The translations under genes were made by a program, and so were the position numbers. Below the pieces are notes generated by a model. That model ran no database searches. It saw only the letters and a program-made list of their open reading frames with translations, and had not been told where the DNA came from. A DNA stretch of 64,000 bases from Eledone cirrhosa. Taxonomy: Eukaryota. Below are positions 38,761 to 52,685 of the stretch, piece after piece. The stretch is taken from assembly GCA_964016885.1 (NCBI GenBank), contig OZ024744.1:87482001-87546000 (forward strand), in the 5' to 3' direction. Every line of letters begins with the position of its first letter. Within the stretch, counting starts at the first letter, position 1.

Positions 38761-40811
38761 ATAGTTAAATATGTTTACGAGATTTCTACCCAAGAGGAAA
38801 CAACTGCAATCTCGTTATGCACACTAACTAGTTTACCACAAACGCTGGAGAGGATGAAACTGCCCAGCCTTCTTTACCGTAGAAATACGCCGAGGAACAT
38901 TTTACAGTGAACTCTTTCTTCTAGCTAAGGTGACACATAGGTATTGGAGAGGACATACTTGAAGGACTAAATGCCCAATGTTTAACGGTTTCGTTTTACC
39001 TCTAAAGCATGCTGCTCTAGATTGCTGCTTAAAGCAAAACTGAAACCGACTGTGGGTAGATAGCCGTCAAAAACCAATCGTAGACTCTGGCAATGGAGTT
39101 TGATTTTTTAGATTTTTTAACAGGCCACTGAAGTCACATCTATTTCCTACGTATTTCTACATGTAGATCTTAGTGAACATATTTTCCAAAATATTTTTCT
39201 CTGACTTTAACAAAATTATCAGCCAAATGATTTCATAAATTCCCACCTCGTTCTGGACTTTCCGGGACAGCGTCAACGTTTATATTCTACAGTTCACACT
39301 ACTTTCTATGCTTTGGGCTTCTATCAGATGCATTAACGAAATCTTTTGAAATAATAAAATTAACGATGAATACAATGATTGGATTGTAGAAGAGTACCTA
39401 GAACACGATGCCGATAGTGTGGTGTTAGTGCCGGCGGCAGTGGTGGTGGTAGCCGTCGTCGGTCTCGTGGTAGTGGTGGTGGTGGTTGTTGTGACAGTGT
39501 AGTCAGTCAAATTCCCCTTAAACAAAAACTCGGGATCTTTAAAGCTACGTTGCTTTAAAGTCTTAAATCGTACTACATCGCTGTTCTAAAAATCCTATAT
39601 CATAGATAAAACTAGAAAACCGATTCTCCATGAAACCAAAGAGATTTTTTTTGTGTGTGACTGATGAAGCTGTTAGAAATAGCAGCCAAATTATTGTGAT
39701 TTTCACGCCAAGGTTTGAAAAGAAAATAGGACATATTACGTAACATAATCCAGATAAATGACAATGTCAAGATAGCGATTGTTGACTGCCTTGCTCAAAG
39801 TTGAATCCTGAATAAACAATAACTATTTGACCAACTCAATAATAGGGAGTTTTCGTCAGTAAAAATCGTTTTCTTAGGCAACTCTATTCTAATATACAAC
39901 AGCATCAAAAATGGGAATGGAGGTGGAGAAAATAATCATAATTATTGAATTAAGTATAGTAGAATATATATATATATATATGAGAAGAAAATTTCGTGTT
40001 TCCTATTATTTCTGCTATTCACAAAATGGCGGTATCCCCCATCAACTTTATATACATCAAAAACATCAGTTAGAACCATTTACTCATTTCCGTCAGCTGG
40101 TCTCCCAATTTTTTTGATTAAGTTCTCCCGAACGAAAGTTGGTGTTATTCTATTTCGATCATCAACTAGACAGATGTAAGGGATGTAAGAAACTATGAAT
40201 CTCCGGATCAAACATCATCGTTTGATCCAATACCTACGTGTTATACGTCTGTTACAGAAATATGACTAGATGGGGTGGAAGGGTGCTACATAACAACAAC
40301 TACAACGAATTCAGTTTTTATCCTTAAGCGAAATTTACTTAATTATACAATGATATTTTGGAGAAATAAATTAATTCCGACTGCACTGCTTTCAAATATT
40401 ACAATCACATAAATGAACCTTCGGGGAAAGTCTCTACGTGGTCATTTGACCTGCTAGAAGCAGCTGTTAAATCTCATTTAGATAGCACCCTGCCACCATT
40501 AAAAGAAATTATACGTCGCAATACTTGGGTGAAGATACGTAGCCAAGTGGTTAGCATGTTGTTCTAACGATCATGCGTTAATGGTTTTGATTCCCGGACC
40601 GGGGGTTGCGTCTTGCTCTTAAGTAACACATTAATTTCACTTTTTTCTAGATCAATCAAACTAAAATGAGTAAGAACTGAAGCTGGTGGATTGACTTACG
40701 ATTGTAGAGACGTGTACGACGTTTTGTACTCTGTCACTTAACGTCTACTGGAACTGGAATATGTTCTAGTCTGCGTCTAACCCTTGAAAACGCGAAAGAA
40801 CGGACGTAAAA

Positions 40812-40992
40812 ATAATTGTTTCTACAAGGCCAGCAATTACGTCAGTACATTACTGGTACTTTATTTTATCGACCCCGTAAGGCTGAAAGGCAAAGTTAAC
40901 CTCGGCGGGATTTGAACTCAGATCATAAAGGGACGTAACTCTTTGTTACAAAGCATGGCGCCCGACCCTCTACCGATACTGCCAATCCACCG
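40812..40992 (-). mobile_element. SINE family A (a decayed family B copy lies at ~40530-40760 on +)
   Basis: Reverse-complement A/B boxes and tail. Confidence 0.88.
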
Positions 40993-41249
40993 AAACCCAT
41001 TCAGGGGTTCTATATATAACATGGTCACGACTAGAATGTCTTTATTCATGTGACTGGTTGATTAGGGAAGACTTAGAGCTAACCAATATAAATACGTGCC
41101 AGAAACTATTTTACAACTGATACAAAAACTCGAGATATAAATTAATTTTATTGTTGAAGGAACTTTGTCAGGAAATTCCTGCTATGAAAATGTTATCGCC
41201 ATCATTTACCTCCATGTAAAGCATTCTAAAACATCTAAAGTCTGTCTTA

Positions 41250-41515
41250 AGCCAGAAGGTTCATTTGGCCGGTGTTTATCCCGGTTTCATGGCGTGAAGC
41301 GACTGAGAGTACAAAACTCCCCCCTGGACAGGACACCAGTCCATCGCAGGGTTAAACCCCCAGCTATTGCTGGTACTCATTTTCAGTTGAGTATACTGGA
41401 GCAACGTGAAATGAAGTGTTTTTCTCAAGAATACAATACGCAACCCATGAATCGAACTCACGACATTATGATAGTGAGTCCAACACCCTTACCACTAGGC
41501 CACGTGCCCCCACAT
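41250..41515 (-). mobile_element. SINE family B, near full length
   Basis: Minus strand tggcctagtgg...gagttcgattc head, then cttgagaaaaacacttcatttcacgttgctccag and gcgatggactggtgtcctgtccaggggg body. Confidence 0.85.
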
Positions 41516-42162
41516 GCAAACCATTATCGAACAGATAATTAAGGTCTGTTTAGCCATAACTTGTTAATAGATGTACAATATCTAACATACTTTCCTTACT
41601 TAAGACAGTAACGTGGAATTTCAGGGCGAGTGAGCTGGTATTTCTGAAAAGCAAAGGGAAAAAAAAAAAAAAAAAAGGGACATTGTTTTAAAATTCGTTA
41701 TCAGAATTGTTACATACTCGAGTCACGGAGTCAAAATCAAAGTGGTATATAGAAGGATTTGTGCAACTGGTAGAACGAATCCTATTTTCTATTTTCACAG
41801 TATATATTTGATGTAAGGTCCATTTTATTCAAACTAGATTGTATCTAGAAAAGAAAAAACGTCACTCAACTAATTAGCATAAAGTAATTCACAATCTTTC
41901 TGTGGTCTCTGGTCTCATATCGTGCTGATTGTTCTTCTGCTTTATCCATATCTATTGCATTGCAATCTATTTCTCAGAGCTCTTCGATCTCATACTACCT
42001 CTACTCTAATAGCCTCGACTCCTTTTCTCATAAGACATGTCCGTTTCACTATGATTAGAATTAATTCCTACGATCAGTCCTTTCTGTCTAGAACATCGGC
42101 CCTTAGGAAGTCCTACACTGCTGATATTTATTTTCCTTTTAAGCATCCACATGAAATAATGA

Positions 42163-42578
42163 TTTCTAGTATAGGCACAAGGCCAGTAATTTAGGGGGAG
42201 GGGAAGGAGAGGGAAGTCGATTAAATCGACCCCAGTACGCTACTGGTGCTTTATTTTATCGACCCCGTAAAGACGAAAGGCAAAGTTAACTTCGGTGGGA
42301 TTTGAACTCAGACTGTAAAGGACCGTAACTCTATGCTGCAAACCATGCTGTCCGACTCTCTACCGATACTGCCAATCCACCACTCTCTTGAAATAATTGT
42401 TTCTACTTTTGACACAAGGCCAGCAATTATCCCTGTGTATTACTGGTACTTTATTTTATCGACCCCGTAAGTATGAAAGGCAAAGTTTACCACGGCGGGA
42501 TTTGAACTATGACCGTAAAGGGCCGTAACTCTTTGCTGTAAAGCATGGCGTCCGACCCATTACCGATTCTGCCAATCC
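42163..42578 (-). mobile_element. Two tandem SINE family A copies
   Basis: Reverse-complement family A consensus twice. Confidence 0.9.
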
Positions 42579-43148
42579 ATATGAGCGAAACATAAACTGC
42601 TTTAGTCTCATCAGTCATAGAGTGTTCATAAAGCTACAACACCAAGCTACCACCACCACCACCACCATCACCATCACCACCACCACCACCACCACCACCA
42701 CCACCAGTAACACCGCCTAAAAAAATTCTTGTCTTCACATCGATTGATATATCAATGTATTTTAATCATATTACTAAATTCTGCCATCTTTAATCAATCG
42801 AGAAAACAAGAACACTTTCAAAGAGTGAGGGGAAAGAGACTGGGCATTAAGATTAGAAGGAATAGAGATCTGACATTCCTATCATACGAAAAAACAACAA
42901 ACTTATCTTATGAGCGAGCCTGTATGTATTTACTCGACCAACTTGAGACAACAGCCAAATTAACCCTCATAACAAAATCTAATGGTATATAAAATGGAAA
43001 GACACATATGATAAAATAATTGTAGACGCGCTGTCTGAATAATTAAGAGAGAAAGAAAGAAGAAAAAAAAAGAAAAGACGGGATGATCACAGCTGGAATG
43101 ACTTTGATCACATGTCTACTCAATCAAGGCTAACTTCAGGCTAAACAA

Positions 43149-43187
<39 letters not shown>

Positions 43188-43654
43188 CGACGACACGATC
43201 ACCATCATCACAACACGAACAAGAACAATAACGACGACAACAACAAAAAAGCAGCAGCAACAACCACAACAAAGATCAACAACAATATCATCATAACAAC
43301 TACTACTAACAACAGTTCATCAATAACAATAACAACAACAGCAGCAGTAACAACGATCTTTTTGAGAAAACATAAAATGAAACGAAGCTAGGTATTACAT
43401 CGTGATAAGCGTACGGCATGAGATCCTTAGATATCAGTATGAATATGTTTGCGGTATTGTGCCAATAGAGGGCGTAATATATTAATATTCTTACAACCAG
43501 CGTAAGATTGGCTCATCAGGCGCATGTGTGAGTTGCTGTTCTCTCACTTTCACTCCTCACTGCCTCCGTCTCTCTGGCCCTTCCCCCATCTCTCACTATT
43601 ATATGCAAATGTATTCCTACACGCTGACCTCTCCCCCCCCCCCCCCCGCGGTCC

Positions 43655-43805
43655 CGGCGGACAGAATGGAGAAAGCGTTTCCTCGGAGGATGGTGGGGGA
43701 GACACGTTGCAAGAGCCATTTCAGCTCGCGAGGATTACACCTGCAGATAGCCAACTCCGTCCGTGCCGACGGTGGTGAATAGGGAGGTGACCCTAGGGCC
43801 AACGA
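43655..43805 (-). pseudogene. C-terminus of a CRE-like RLE non-LTR retrotransposon
   Basis: NPRELKWLLQRVSPTILRGNAFSILS matches the QR.S..I.RGNA terminal motif of CRE-type RLE elements. Confidence 0.6.
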
Positions 43806-44050
43806 CCTCTCACGATTATTCATTACTATTTAATATAAATGTGGATCATTAGTTAAAATACAGAAACTAGGTAGGTTAAACTGATGCCTAAGTGAGATTC
43901 TGTATTTCAGCACAAAACAATCATTCATTAACGTACACAGTCATACATCGATACACAATAACACACTCAGGTTTACATTATTTTTCTTCTTGCTGCATCC
44001 AAGCAAGTGTGTATGAGTGAGTGTGTGTGTCTGTCTGTCTGTCTGTCTGT

Positions 44051-44161
<111 letters not shown>

Positions 44162-44202
44162 TATGTATACGTACATACATATATGTATACAGACGTACAG
44201 TA

Positions 44203-44239
<37 letters not shown>

Positions 44240-44243
<4 letters not shown>

Positions 44244-44945
44244 CATGCACATATATATATATATGTACCTATGGGTTTACCGAACATTTATTATAATGAT
44301 CGGTTTGTTTGTAAACAAACAGCCCGAATTATTAGCCGTACAGTGTTCGGCAACCATCGTTGCCCTTTTGTTCAACACTGACAAAGGAACGATGAACTAG
44401 CTTCTAGCTTATTAGCTGTCATCATCACCGTATACGTTCCTGTCAGTAGATTGAACGTTTGAAAGTATATACTTTCCTTATGCATATTAACGGCTGAGCA
44501 GCATAATTTGCATATCGAGTGAGTTAGTCGGCGGGGCGTACCGAAAACGATAAATGGAAAAAATGAAATTTCATTTCTCACTTAAGTATCAGCCGTACTA
44601 AGAGTGATAAATGAAATTTCATTTTTTTCCATTTATCGTTTTCGGTACGCCCGGCCGACTAACTCACTGGATATGCAAATTAGGCTGCTCAGCCGTTAAT
44701 ATGCACCAGGAAAGTATGTACTTTCAAACGTTCAATCGATTGACAGGAAGGTATACGGTGGTGATGACAGCTAATAAGCTAGAAACTAGTTCATCGTTCC
44801 TTTGTCAGTGTTGAACAAAAGGGCAACGATGGTTGCCGAACACTGCACGGCTTAATTCGGGCTGTTTGTTTACAAACACACCGAGCATTATAATAAATGT
44901 TCGGTAAACCCATACGCACATATATATGTGTGTGCATGTATGTAT
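44240..44945. repeat. Fold-back inverted repeat (~340-bp arms) with a variant hammerhead in each arm
   Basis: 44240-44583 vs 44601-44945. acggtg-GTGATGA-c-agct-aata-agct-a-GAAA-ctag-TT-catcgt at 44755-44797; inverted copy at 44389-44431. Confidence 0.9.
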
Positions 44946-44955
44946 ATACATGCTA

Positions 44956-45038
<83 letters not shown>

Positions 45039-45908
45039 CGTGTTATATATATATACACAAGCATAATTCACACACATATCTATATATGAATATATGCTTT
45101 ACATAAAACTTATATACATAATAAATATATGTTATAGTATAATATGTGTTTATGGGAATGTATTTATATGTATGTATTTGAGTATATATACATATACATA
45201 TGTTTCCAAAGACAGGCAGACAAACACACACATACACACATACACACACTCTCTCTCTCTCCCTCTCTCTCTCTCTCCCACTCTGTCTCTCTCCCCTCTC
45301 TTCGTCTCCTCGCTCTATCCCTCTGGCTTCCTCCTTCTCTCTTTCACACACACGCGTATGGGTGTATAATTTGAAGCCACTTGCAGATTTTCGCATCCGT
45401 CTTTATCATTCCAAATTTTGTCCATAAAATATTTCCCTGAATTTTCTTTCGATTGAAAATTTGAAAATTTATATTTTCAAAGTTAGCCAATTACGTTAAT
45501 TACCCATGTTGCTACATGATGCACGGCACACGAAATACATCCGGTGCCAGAGATATATAATTACTTTTATCTGAACCGACACTGCTTTGGAGAGCGAACA
45601 GAAAATAAAAATGTCTAAAATGAAAACTGGAAAGTTACACACAAACACACAATCGCACAAACACAGGCACACGCACACACACACAGGGACACACACAGAG
45701 ACACACACACATACACACAGACAGACAGACACACATACATACACGCACACACACTCACACACACACACACGCAAACACACACGCACACACGCACACACAC
45801 ACACACACACACACTAAAATTCCCAGGCACGCGTACAAACTCATATACACATAGTCACCTACACGTATGTATGTGTGTATATAATATAGTTTCTGTTTCA
45901 TTTATATC

Positions 45909-45975
<67 letters not shown>

Positions 45976-46295
45976 GATGTGTGTGTGTGTGTAAAATATA
46001 AACAGAAATAACAATAGAATCGGTACAGCCGTCGGGGTCCTGACACTTTTCCTATATATGTGTGTAGGAAAATGTTTAACCCCGTCGAGCTTAAACATTT
46101 TCCTATTACCTACTCTACTACCCTAAGTATTGAGTACTCTGGTGCGTTATGGTCCATCTGGTTCACATACATCTATTCATATGTATATATTAGACCACCC
46201 GTGACTCATTGGGTCTCGTTAACTTAAAAAGTAATTTTTAAATAATTAAAATTTACACAGACATATATATAATGTAAAATGAATTTGGAAGGCCC

Positions 46296-46343
<48 letters not shown>

Positions 46344-46399
46344 ATGTGTGTGTGTATGTGTGTACGTGTGTGGGAGGGGGGGGGGGGGGTCTGCGAGCT

Positions 46400-46861
46400 A
46401 TACACACCGGTCACAGACGGACAGACACACACACACACACACATAGACACACACACTTGGAAACCATTTCTATTTAGCAGGAAACAATAATGCTGTATTC
46501 GTTTCTTTGAAGTCACCGGTTCTAATTACATTCAACAACACAACCAGCTCCCTATCACTCTTCCATTTTCCTTCTCTGTCTCCTTCTCTCTCTCTCTCTC
46601 CCTCTCTCTATGATTCTCTTTTAATCTACTCTCTCACAACCACGATCTCTTTCTCTTTATCCTTCTCTCTCTCTATTTATGAAGGTACCTTGAAACGCCC
46701 ATATCTTGGGATCCGTAGTCCGATTTACGTGAAACTTGTTTTATTCCATTAGTATTCGCATTTCAGGGTGAACTTCCTTTCAAAGTATCTTCCCATCATG
46801 CACCCTTTTGGCTGTATTACATTACAGACAAGCAAGCAAGCAATTAATCGCAGAGATTTAG

Positions 46862-46907
<46 letters not shown>

Positions 46908-47008
46908 GGAAAAATGAAACGAAATTTCATTTCTCACTCTTAGTACGGCTGTTACTTAAATATAATTATGTATACGTACATACATATATGTATACAGACG
47001 TACAGTAG

Positions 47009-47091
<83 letters not shown>

Positions 47092-47096
47092 GTATG

Positions 47097-47128
<32 letters not shown>

Positions 47129-47129
47129 T

Positions 47130-47166
<37 letters not shown>

Positions 47167-47222
47167 GTTTGTTTACAAGCACACCGAGCATTGTAGTGGA
47201 TGTTGTACATATATATGTGTGC

Positions 47223-47267
<45 letters not shown>

Positions 47268-47368
47268 CTACTGTACGTCTGTATACATATATGTATGTAC
47301 GTATACATACTTATATTTAAGTAACAGCCGTACTAAGAGTGAGAAATGAAATTTCGTTTCATTTTTCC

Positions 47369-47412
<44 letters not shown>

Positions 47413-47846
47413 CTAAATCTCTGCGATTAATTGCTTGCTTGCTTGTCTGTAATGTAATACAGCCAAAAGGGTGCATGATGGGAAGATACTTTGAAAGGAA
47501 GTTCACCCTGAAATGCGAATACTAATGGAATAAAACAAGTTTCACGTAAATCGGACTACGGATCCCAAGATATGGGCGTTTCAAGGTACCTTCATAAATA
47601 GAGAGAGAGAAGGATAAAGAGAAAGAGATCGTGGTTGTGAGAGAGTAGATTGAAAGAGAATCATAGAGAGAGGGAGAGAGAGAGAGAGAAGGAGACAGAG
47701 AAGGAAAATGGAAGAGAGATAGGGAGCTGGTTGTGTTGTTGAATGTAATTAGAACCGGTGACTTCAAAGAAACGAATACAGTATCCTGCTAAATAGAAAT
47801 GGTTTCCAAGTGTGTGTGTGTGTATGTGTGTCTGTGACCGGTGTGT
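46400..47846. repeat. Large fold-back inverted duplication (~620-740-bp arms including TA tracts)
   Basis: 46402-47140 is the reverse complement of ~47225-47845; the ORF track shows a nearly identical 81-aa ORF on both strands. Confidence 0.95.
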
Positions 47847-48053
47847 GCATATATATATATATATATATAGTATTAGCACTGGGAAAAACCAATGGAAACA
47901 TTGTTTCCTCCGTGAAATTCGTTAAACGAATGAGGTCTATGATCTTGTCGATCGACTACCGATTTATATATACATATATATAAGTGTATCCCGGATTCAA
48001 TCGGCTTGTTGATGATTTCTCCCGAATGAAACAGTTCTAGTCCTGTAGAAGGC

Positions 48054-48126
<73 letters not shown>

Positions 48127-48167
48127 CCTCTCTTTCTTTATATATATATATATATATGTACACATAT

Positions 48168-48874
48168 ATATATGGAGAATATAAATGGGTGTGTAGTTTT
48201 TCTATTTAAGGTAACTTAAAATGCAGTGGGAATATGAAGAAAGCAAGAACTTGGGGGTCCTCATCAGTTGTCTACTGGAGGTCACGGATATTTCTACGCA
48301 TTAAAGACAAGATATCTACCCCCAGGGCGTTCAATAACTGGGTAAGTTATTGGGAAAACGGAAGAAAGTGGGAAGGGGAAGAACAGAGAAAACAGTAACA
48401 AAACAGCGAAAAAAAACTACAAACCGAGCAATGTGCGAGCAACTATAGGTAGGAAAATCCAAGACCACTCGATAATAAAACTTAAGTTCAAGACTGAGTA
48501 GTCGAGAGAAACAAGACATACGTCAGGTCGCCGCAGTTGTAAGTGAGAAGAGAACTGCTAAACGGTCAGACGAGGGGGTGAAAGTGAGAAGGAGAAAGGG
48601 AGAGGAAGAAAGTGGGGGTAAGAGTAGATAAGGAGAAGAGGACGGGAAGAAAGAGGGCTGAGAGTAGAAAGTGGCAAAATAGGAAGGTAGAAGGGGAAAG
48701 AAGAATATATGGAGAATAGCAATGGCTGTATAGTTGCTATTTAAGGTAGATTAAAATGCAGTGGGAATACGAAGAAAGCAAGAACAGGTGGGGGGGGGGG
48801 GGGAGTTTACCTCATCAGTTGTCTACTGGGGGTCTCGGATATTTCTACGCTTTAAAGACAAGATATCTACCGCC
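48168..48874 (-). mobile_element. Non-coding element with ~155-bp direct terminal repeats, each holding a permuted hammerhead (family 4)
   Basis: 48168-48322 resembles 48706-48871. Motifs at 48256-48325 and 48807-48874 read agataT-C-ttgtct-ttaaWgcgta-GAAA-tatcc...agacaa-CTGATGA. Confidence 0.8.
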
Positions 48875-49154
48875 TATATGTATGTATGTATTGCTGAACA
48901 TTTATTTAATTATATCCTAGAAAAAAAATATTATTTTTGTATTTAATAAATTCCATGGGTTTTCTTTTATACCAGCAATATATGTATCAAAACTCAAATT
49001 CTTCTGTTACTATGGTTGTTCATAAATTCGGTAATTCTGCTAAATTTGCTATATCAATCTTGACTTCCAAATATTAAACAAAATCAACGCTCTTTCTATC
49101 GTTATTGGCGACACTTATCCACTAGTCTCTGAACATTATAACTTTCTCAAGGGT

Positions 49155-49885
49155 CGGTGGATTGGCAGTATCGGTAGAGGGTCGGACATCATGCTTTCCA
49201 GCATAGTTACGTCCCTTTACGATCTGAGTTCAAATCCCGCCGAGGTTGACTTTGCCTTTCATCCTTACGGGGTCGATAAAATAAAGTACCAGTAATGCAC
49301 TGGGATAATTGATGGCCTTGTGCCAAAAGTAGAAACAATTATAACTTTCTCAAGAATATTGTCACCTACATTGTCCTTTGTCACGGGACTTCTCATTTTT
49401 CTTTTTCCTATTTGACTGAACAGTAAAAAATAAAAAATACTGCGAAATATTTCTACACTTTCAGATTGTTTGACTTTAATAAAACGCACCAAACAATTTT
49501 ATTTACAGTAACAATAATAATAATTTCTAGTATAGGCACAAGGCCAGTAATTTGGGGGGGGGGGGGGGAGTCGATTAAATCGACCCCAGTACGTTACTGG
49601 TGCTTTATTTTATCGACACCGTAAGGATGAAAGGCAAAGTTAACCGCGGCGGGATTTGAACTCAGAACGTAAAGGGCCGTAAATCTATGCTGGAAAACAT
49701 GGTGTCAGACTCTCTACCGATACGGCCAATCCACCGCCCTTAATGGCTCTTATATAGGCAAAGGCCAGCAATTTTGGGGGAGGGGAATGTCGATTAAATC
49801 GTCCACAGTGTCTGCCTGCTACTTTATTTTATCGACCCCTTTACTCTATGCTGCAAAGCATGGTATCTGACGCTCTACTGATACT
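49155..49885. mobile_element. SINE family A cluster (+ 49155-49341; - 49523-49740; partial - 49755-49885)
   Basis: Family A consensus; a further tail fragment is at 50343-50415. Confidence 0.9.
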
Positions 49886-50677
49886 GAATAATAATAACGG
49901 CAATAAAAAAAAAAGAAAAGGAAACAAAAGAAAAAAGTATAGGGAAGTATAGGGAAAAAAGAGGGTAAGAAAGAAGAAAAAGAACGGCAAGGAGAGGGGA
50001 TGGCAAGAGCTCTGGTGTTGCAGAGAGGGGAAGGGTGACAGGGGAGGGTGATTGGGCTTTGGGCCTAGGGCACGGAGGCAGAAGGGCTGCACTCCGCGGA
50101 CAAGACCACAAAAGCCTTCCCTCGGACGATAGCCAGCGACACCCGCTACAACAGCCACCCACCCTTGCAGGGATCCTTCCTCAGACGGGCCTCCGGCGTT
50201 TCGACCATGCCGAGGAGCTCGGCTGTATGAGGTTTGTTTGTAAAGTAAAGAAATGTAGTAAGTAGTAAAACAGCAACAGCCAAGTATTTCTTAAATTAAT
50301 CGTAAGTTCTATATCACAGTTGCGTTTCTATTTAGATTTCTAATAATTGTTTCTACTATAGGCACAAGGTCAGCAATTATCCCAGTGCATTACTGGTACT
50401 TTTTATTTTATCAACTAAATATCCATTATTAGATTTGTAATAATGGACATTTAGTTATATTGTGCACACGTCCTTCTAACGACAACAGCTCCGTTATACA
50501 TTCATAAGAAATAGGGTCCTATCATTCCCAAACTTGTTAAGACCCTATCACTACACGCTCGTTCCCCATCTGGAGATCTTTTTATATTACCGCTCACCAT
50601 TCCTTGATATATGTTCACCCTATGCGGGATCCATTAATCCTTTTAACAAGTTGTGCATTTGTCCTATTGTGTATGAG

Positions 50678-50721
<44 letters not shown>

Positions 50722-51210
50722 CGTCTGTGTGTGTGTGTGTGTGCGTGCGTGCGTGTATGTAAATATGTGCGTGTTTTTGTATACAGCCAAAGTGAATATG
50801 GGTGTTCATATACGTGTGGCTATATGCGATTATATGATTTTCATTTTGAGACATGTTTAATAGATTAGATAGTAAATAGACAAGTAGAAGTGTTAACTTT
50901 ATGTGCTAGACGCACAGAAAACTGTTCAAACAAAGAGTAGACCCTACATCATTCATGATTGATAGTTTGCAAATGTAAATGGTTGGCTATCTAATTCCGT
51001 CGTTTTACAATGATTATCGCTTTTCGGATGATTTCATATTGACAAAACACTGGTGTTTTCTTAATATTGTTTGTAGTGTGTATTAATATCTTAATAGAAA
51101 ACCTTATCATATTCAGAATGTGTCATCTTGTGTATCTACACGTATTTAAGAATATATGTAAGTATATATAATTGTATGTGTGTGTGTGTCATATACAGAC
51201 ACGTGTACGC

Positions 51211-51272
<62 letters not shown>

Positions 51273-51285
51273 TACATATTTATAT

Positions 51286-51320
<35 letters not shown>

Positions 51321-52685
51321 AGAAAATGAGATTTTTTTATAAAAAAAAAAATACGAGATGTCCGACATGGACGAAAGTATAAGCAAAAGAAATTGAAAAT
51401 GCAACTGGAATCTTTTTAAGAATATTTATTTTTTTCCGTTACCGGTTTCACAGTTCGTATGCTTTTCAAAAGTATAATTGTGATTGAGGGTTTGTGGTTT
51501 GTCCTCCAATATATATACATATATACAGAGAGAGAGGGGAGGGAAAGAGAGAGAGGGGAGAGAAAGAGAGAGAGGGGTGCAGATTAGACAGATAGACAGA
51601 TAAGCCAACTGACACTCAGTCGTGTAAGCAGACAATCCCTGAGCAGGTAGATAGACAGAACAAAAAAAAAGGCATTGTAATATAGGCAAAGAAGAGTGCC
51701 GATTGTAATGTAAAGTAGAAAAAGCTATGACATGTAAGTTAATGTCAATATAGTTAATATAAGGAAGATCCATGAAATATATCCCATGGAGAAATGACAT
51801 TATGTTACATTAGGATTACATCTTTTTAATCATTTTAAAATTTACGAGAAAATTAAATTCGTATAAGACTTATTATGACTCCTGGCGATATAATGATGAG
51901 AAAATATATGTAAAAAAAAACAAATATAGCAAAAAATTATCGTATTTTACATAAGAAATATAAGTGACATCGGAGCTTTATTTGTTTATAGATATAACCC
52001 TCTGTCTACTTGACCGTAGTGTTTGAAGATGTCTGATAATTGTTCAAAAAGCTTCGCGAAGCATAAAAATGGAATAGCTGAAAGTGCTTACACTCTATTT
52101 TACCCACAAGGTCGTCTAATTCAAAAACTGCAGTTATATCTACATTAAATATATTTTCTCAACAATCTGGTTAGTTAGTTACTCAAAAGCATAATTTTCC
52201 TTTTTTTTTTGTGGGGCTGGGTATTCAGCTTCAATTGTATATGAAATTCAATTAGTCAAAAATGTGTTTTGATAGGCTGAGCTTGTTAAAAATTGAATGT
52301 CTCCAGGTAGATCGTTGAACAGAACGTTGGAGTAACAGGTGTTGTCATCGTGTAATAATAATAATAATGATTTCTTTATTGGCCACAAGAGCTGACATCA
52401 AGAAAAACATTACAGACGGCACAGGACGGTACAGGACGGTACGTTGTCTGTTTTGTGCGTGTAAACATTTTTATTATTTATATAAGAAAAGAAATAAAAT
52501 ACATAGAAATATATATAAAAAATAAAAATGAAAGTTCAAACAATGAAAAATTCCCCAATAGGACAAAACCTCCTAGGGTTACTGATGGCGAAAACCACAC
52601 AAAAGACACGGCAACACTGACCACCAGGGCCAGCCCCCTCTCTCAATGTTTTCCCATTCCTCAAACTACAAACGCATAATAATAC

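Noticed and set aside
39655-39695. CTGATGA...GAAA as a hammerhead
   Set aside because: No stem I or III. It resembles the repeat motif ctgctagaaatagcagccaaa also seen near 40450 and 42950.
42578-42620. tatga-CTGATGA...tcata on the minus strand
   Set aside because: A stem I-like pairing is present but there is no GAAA or stem III.
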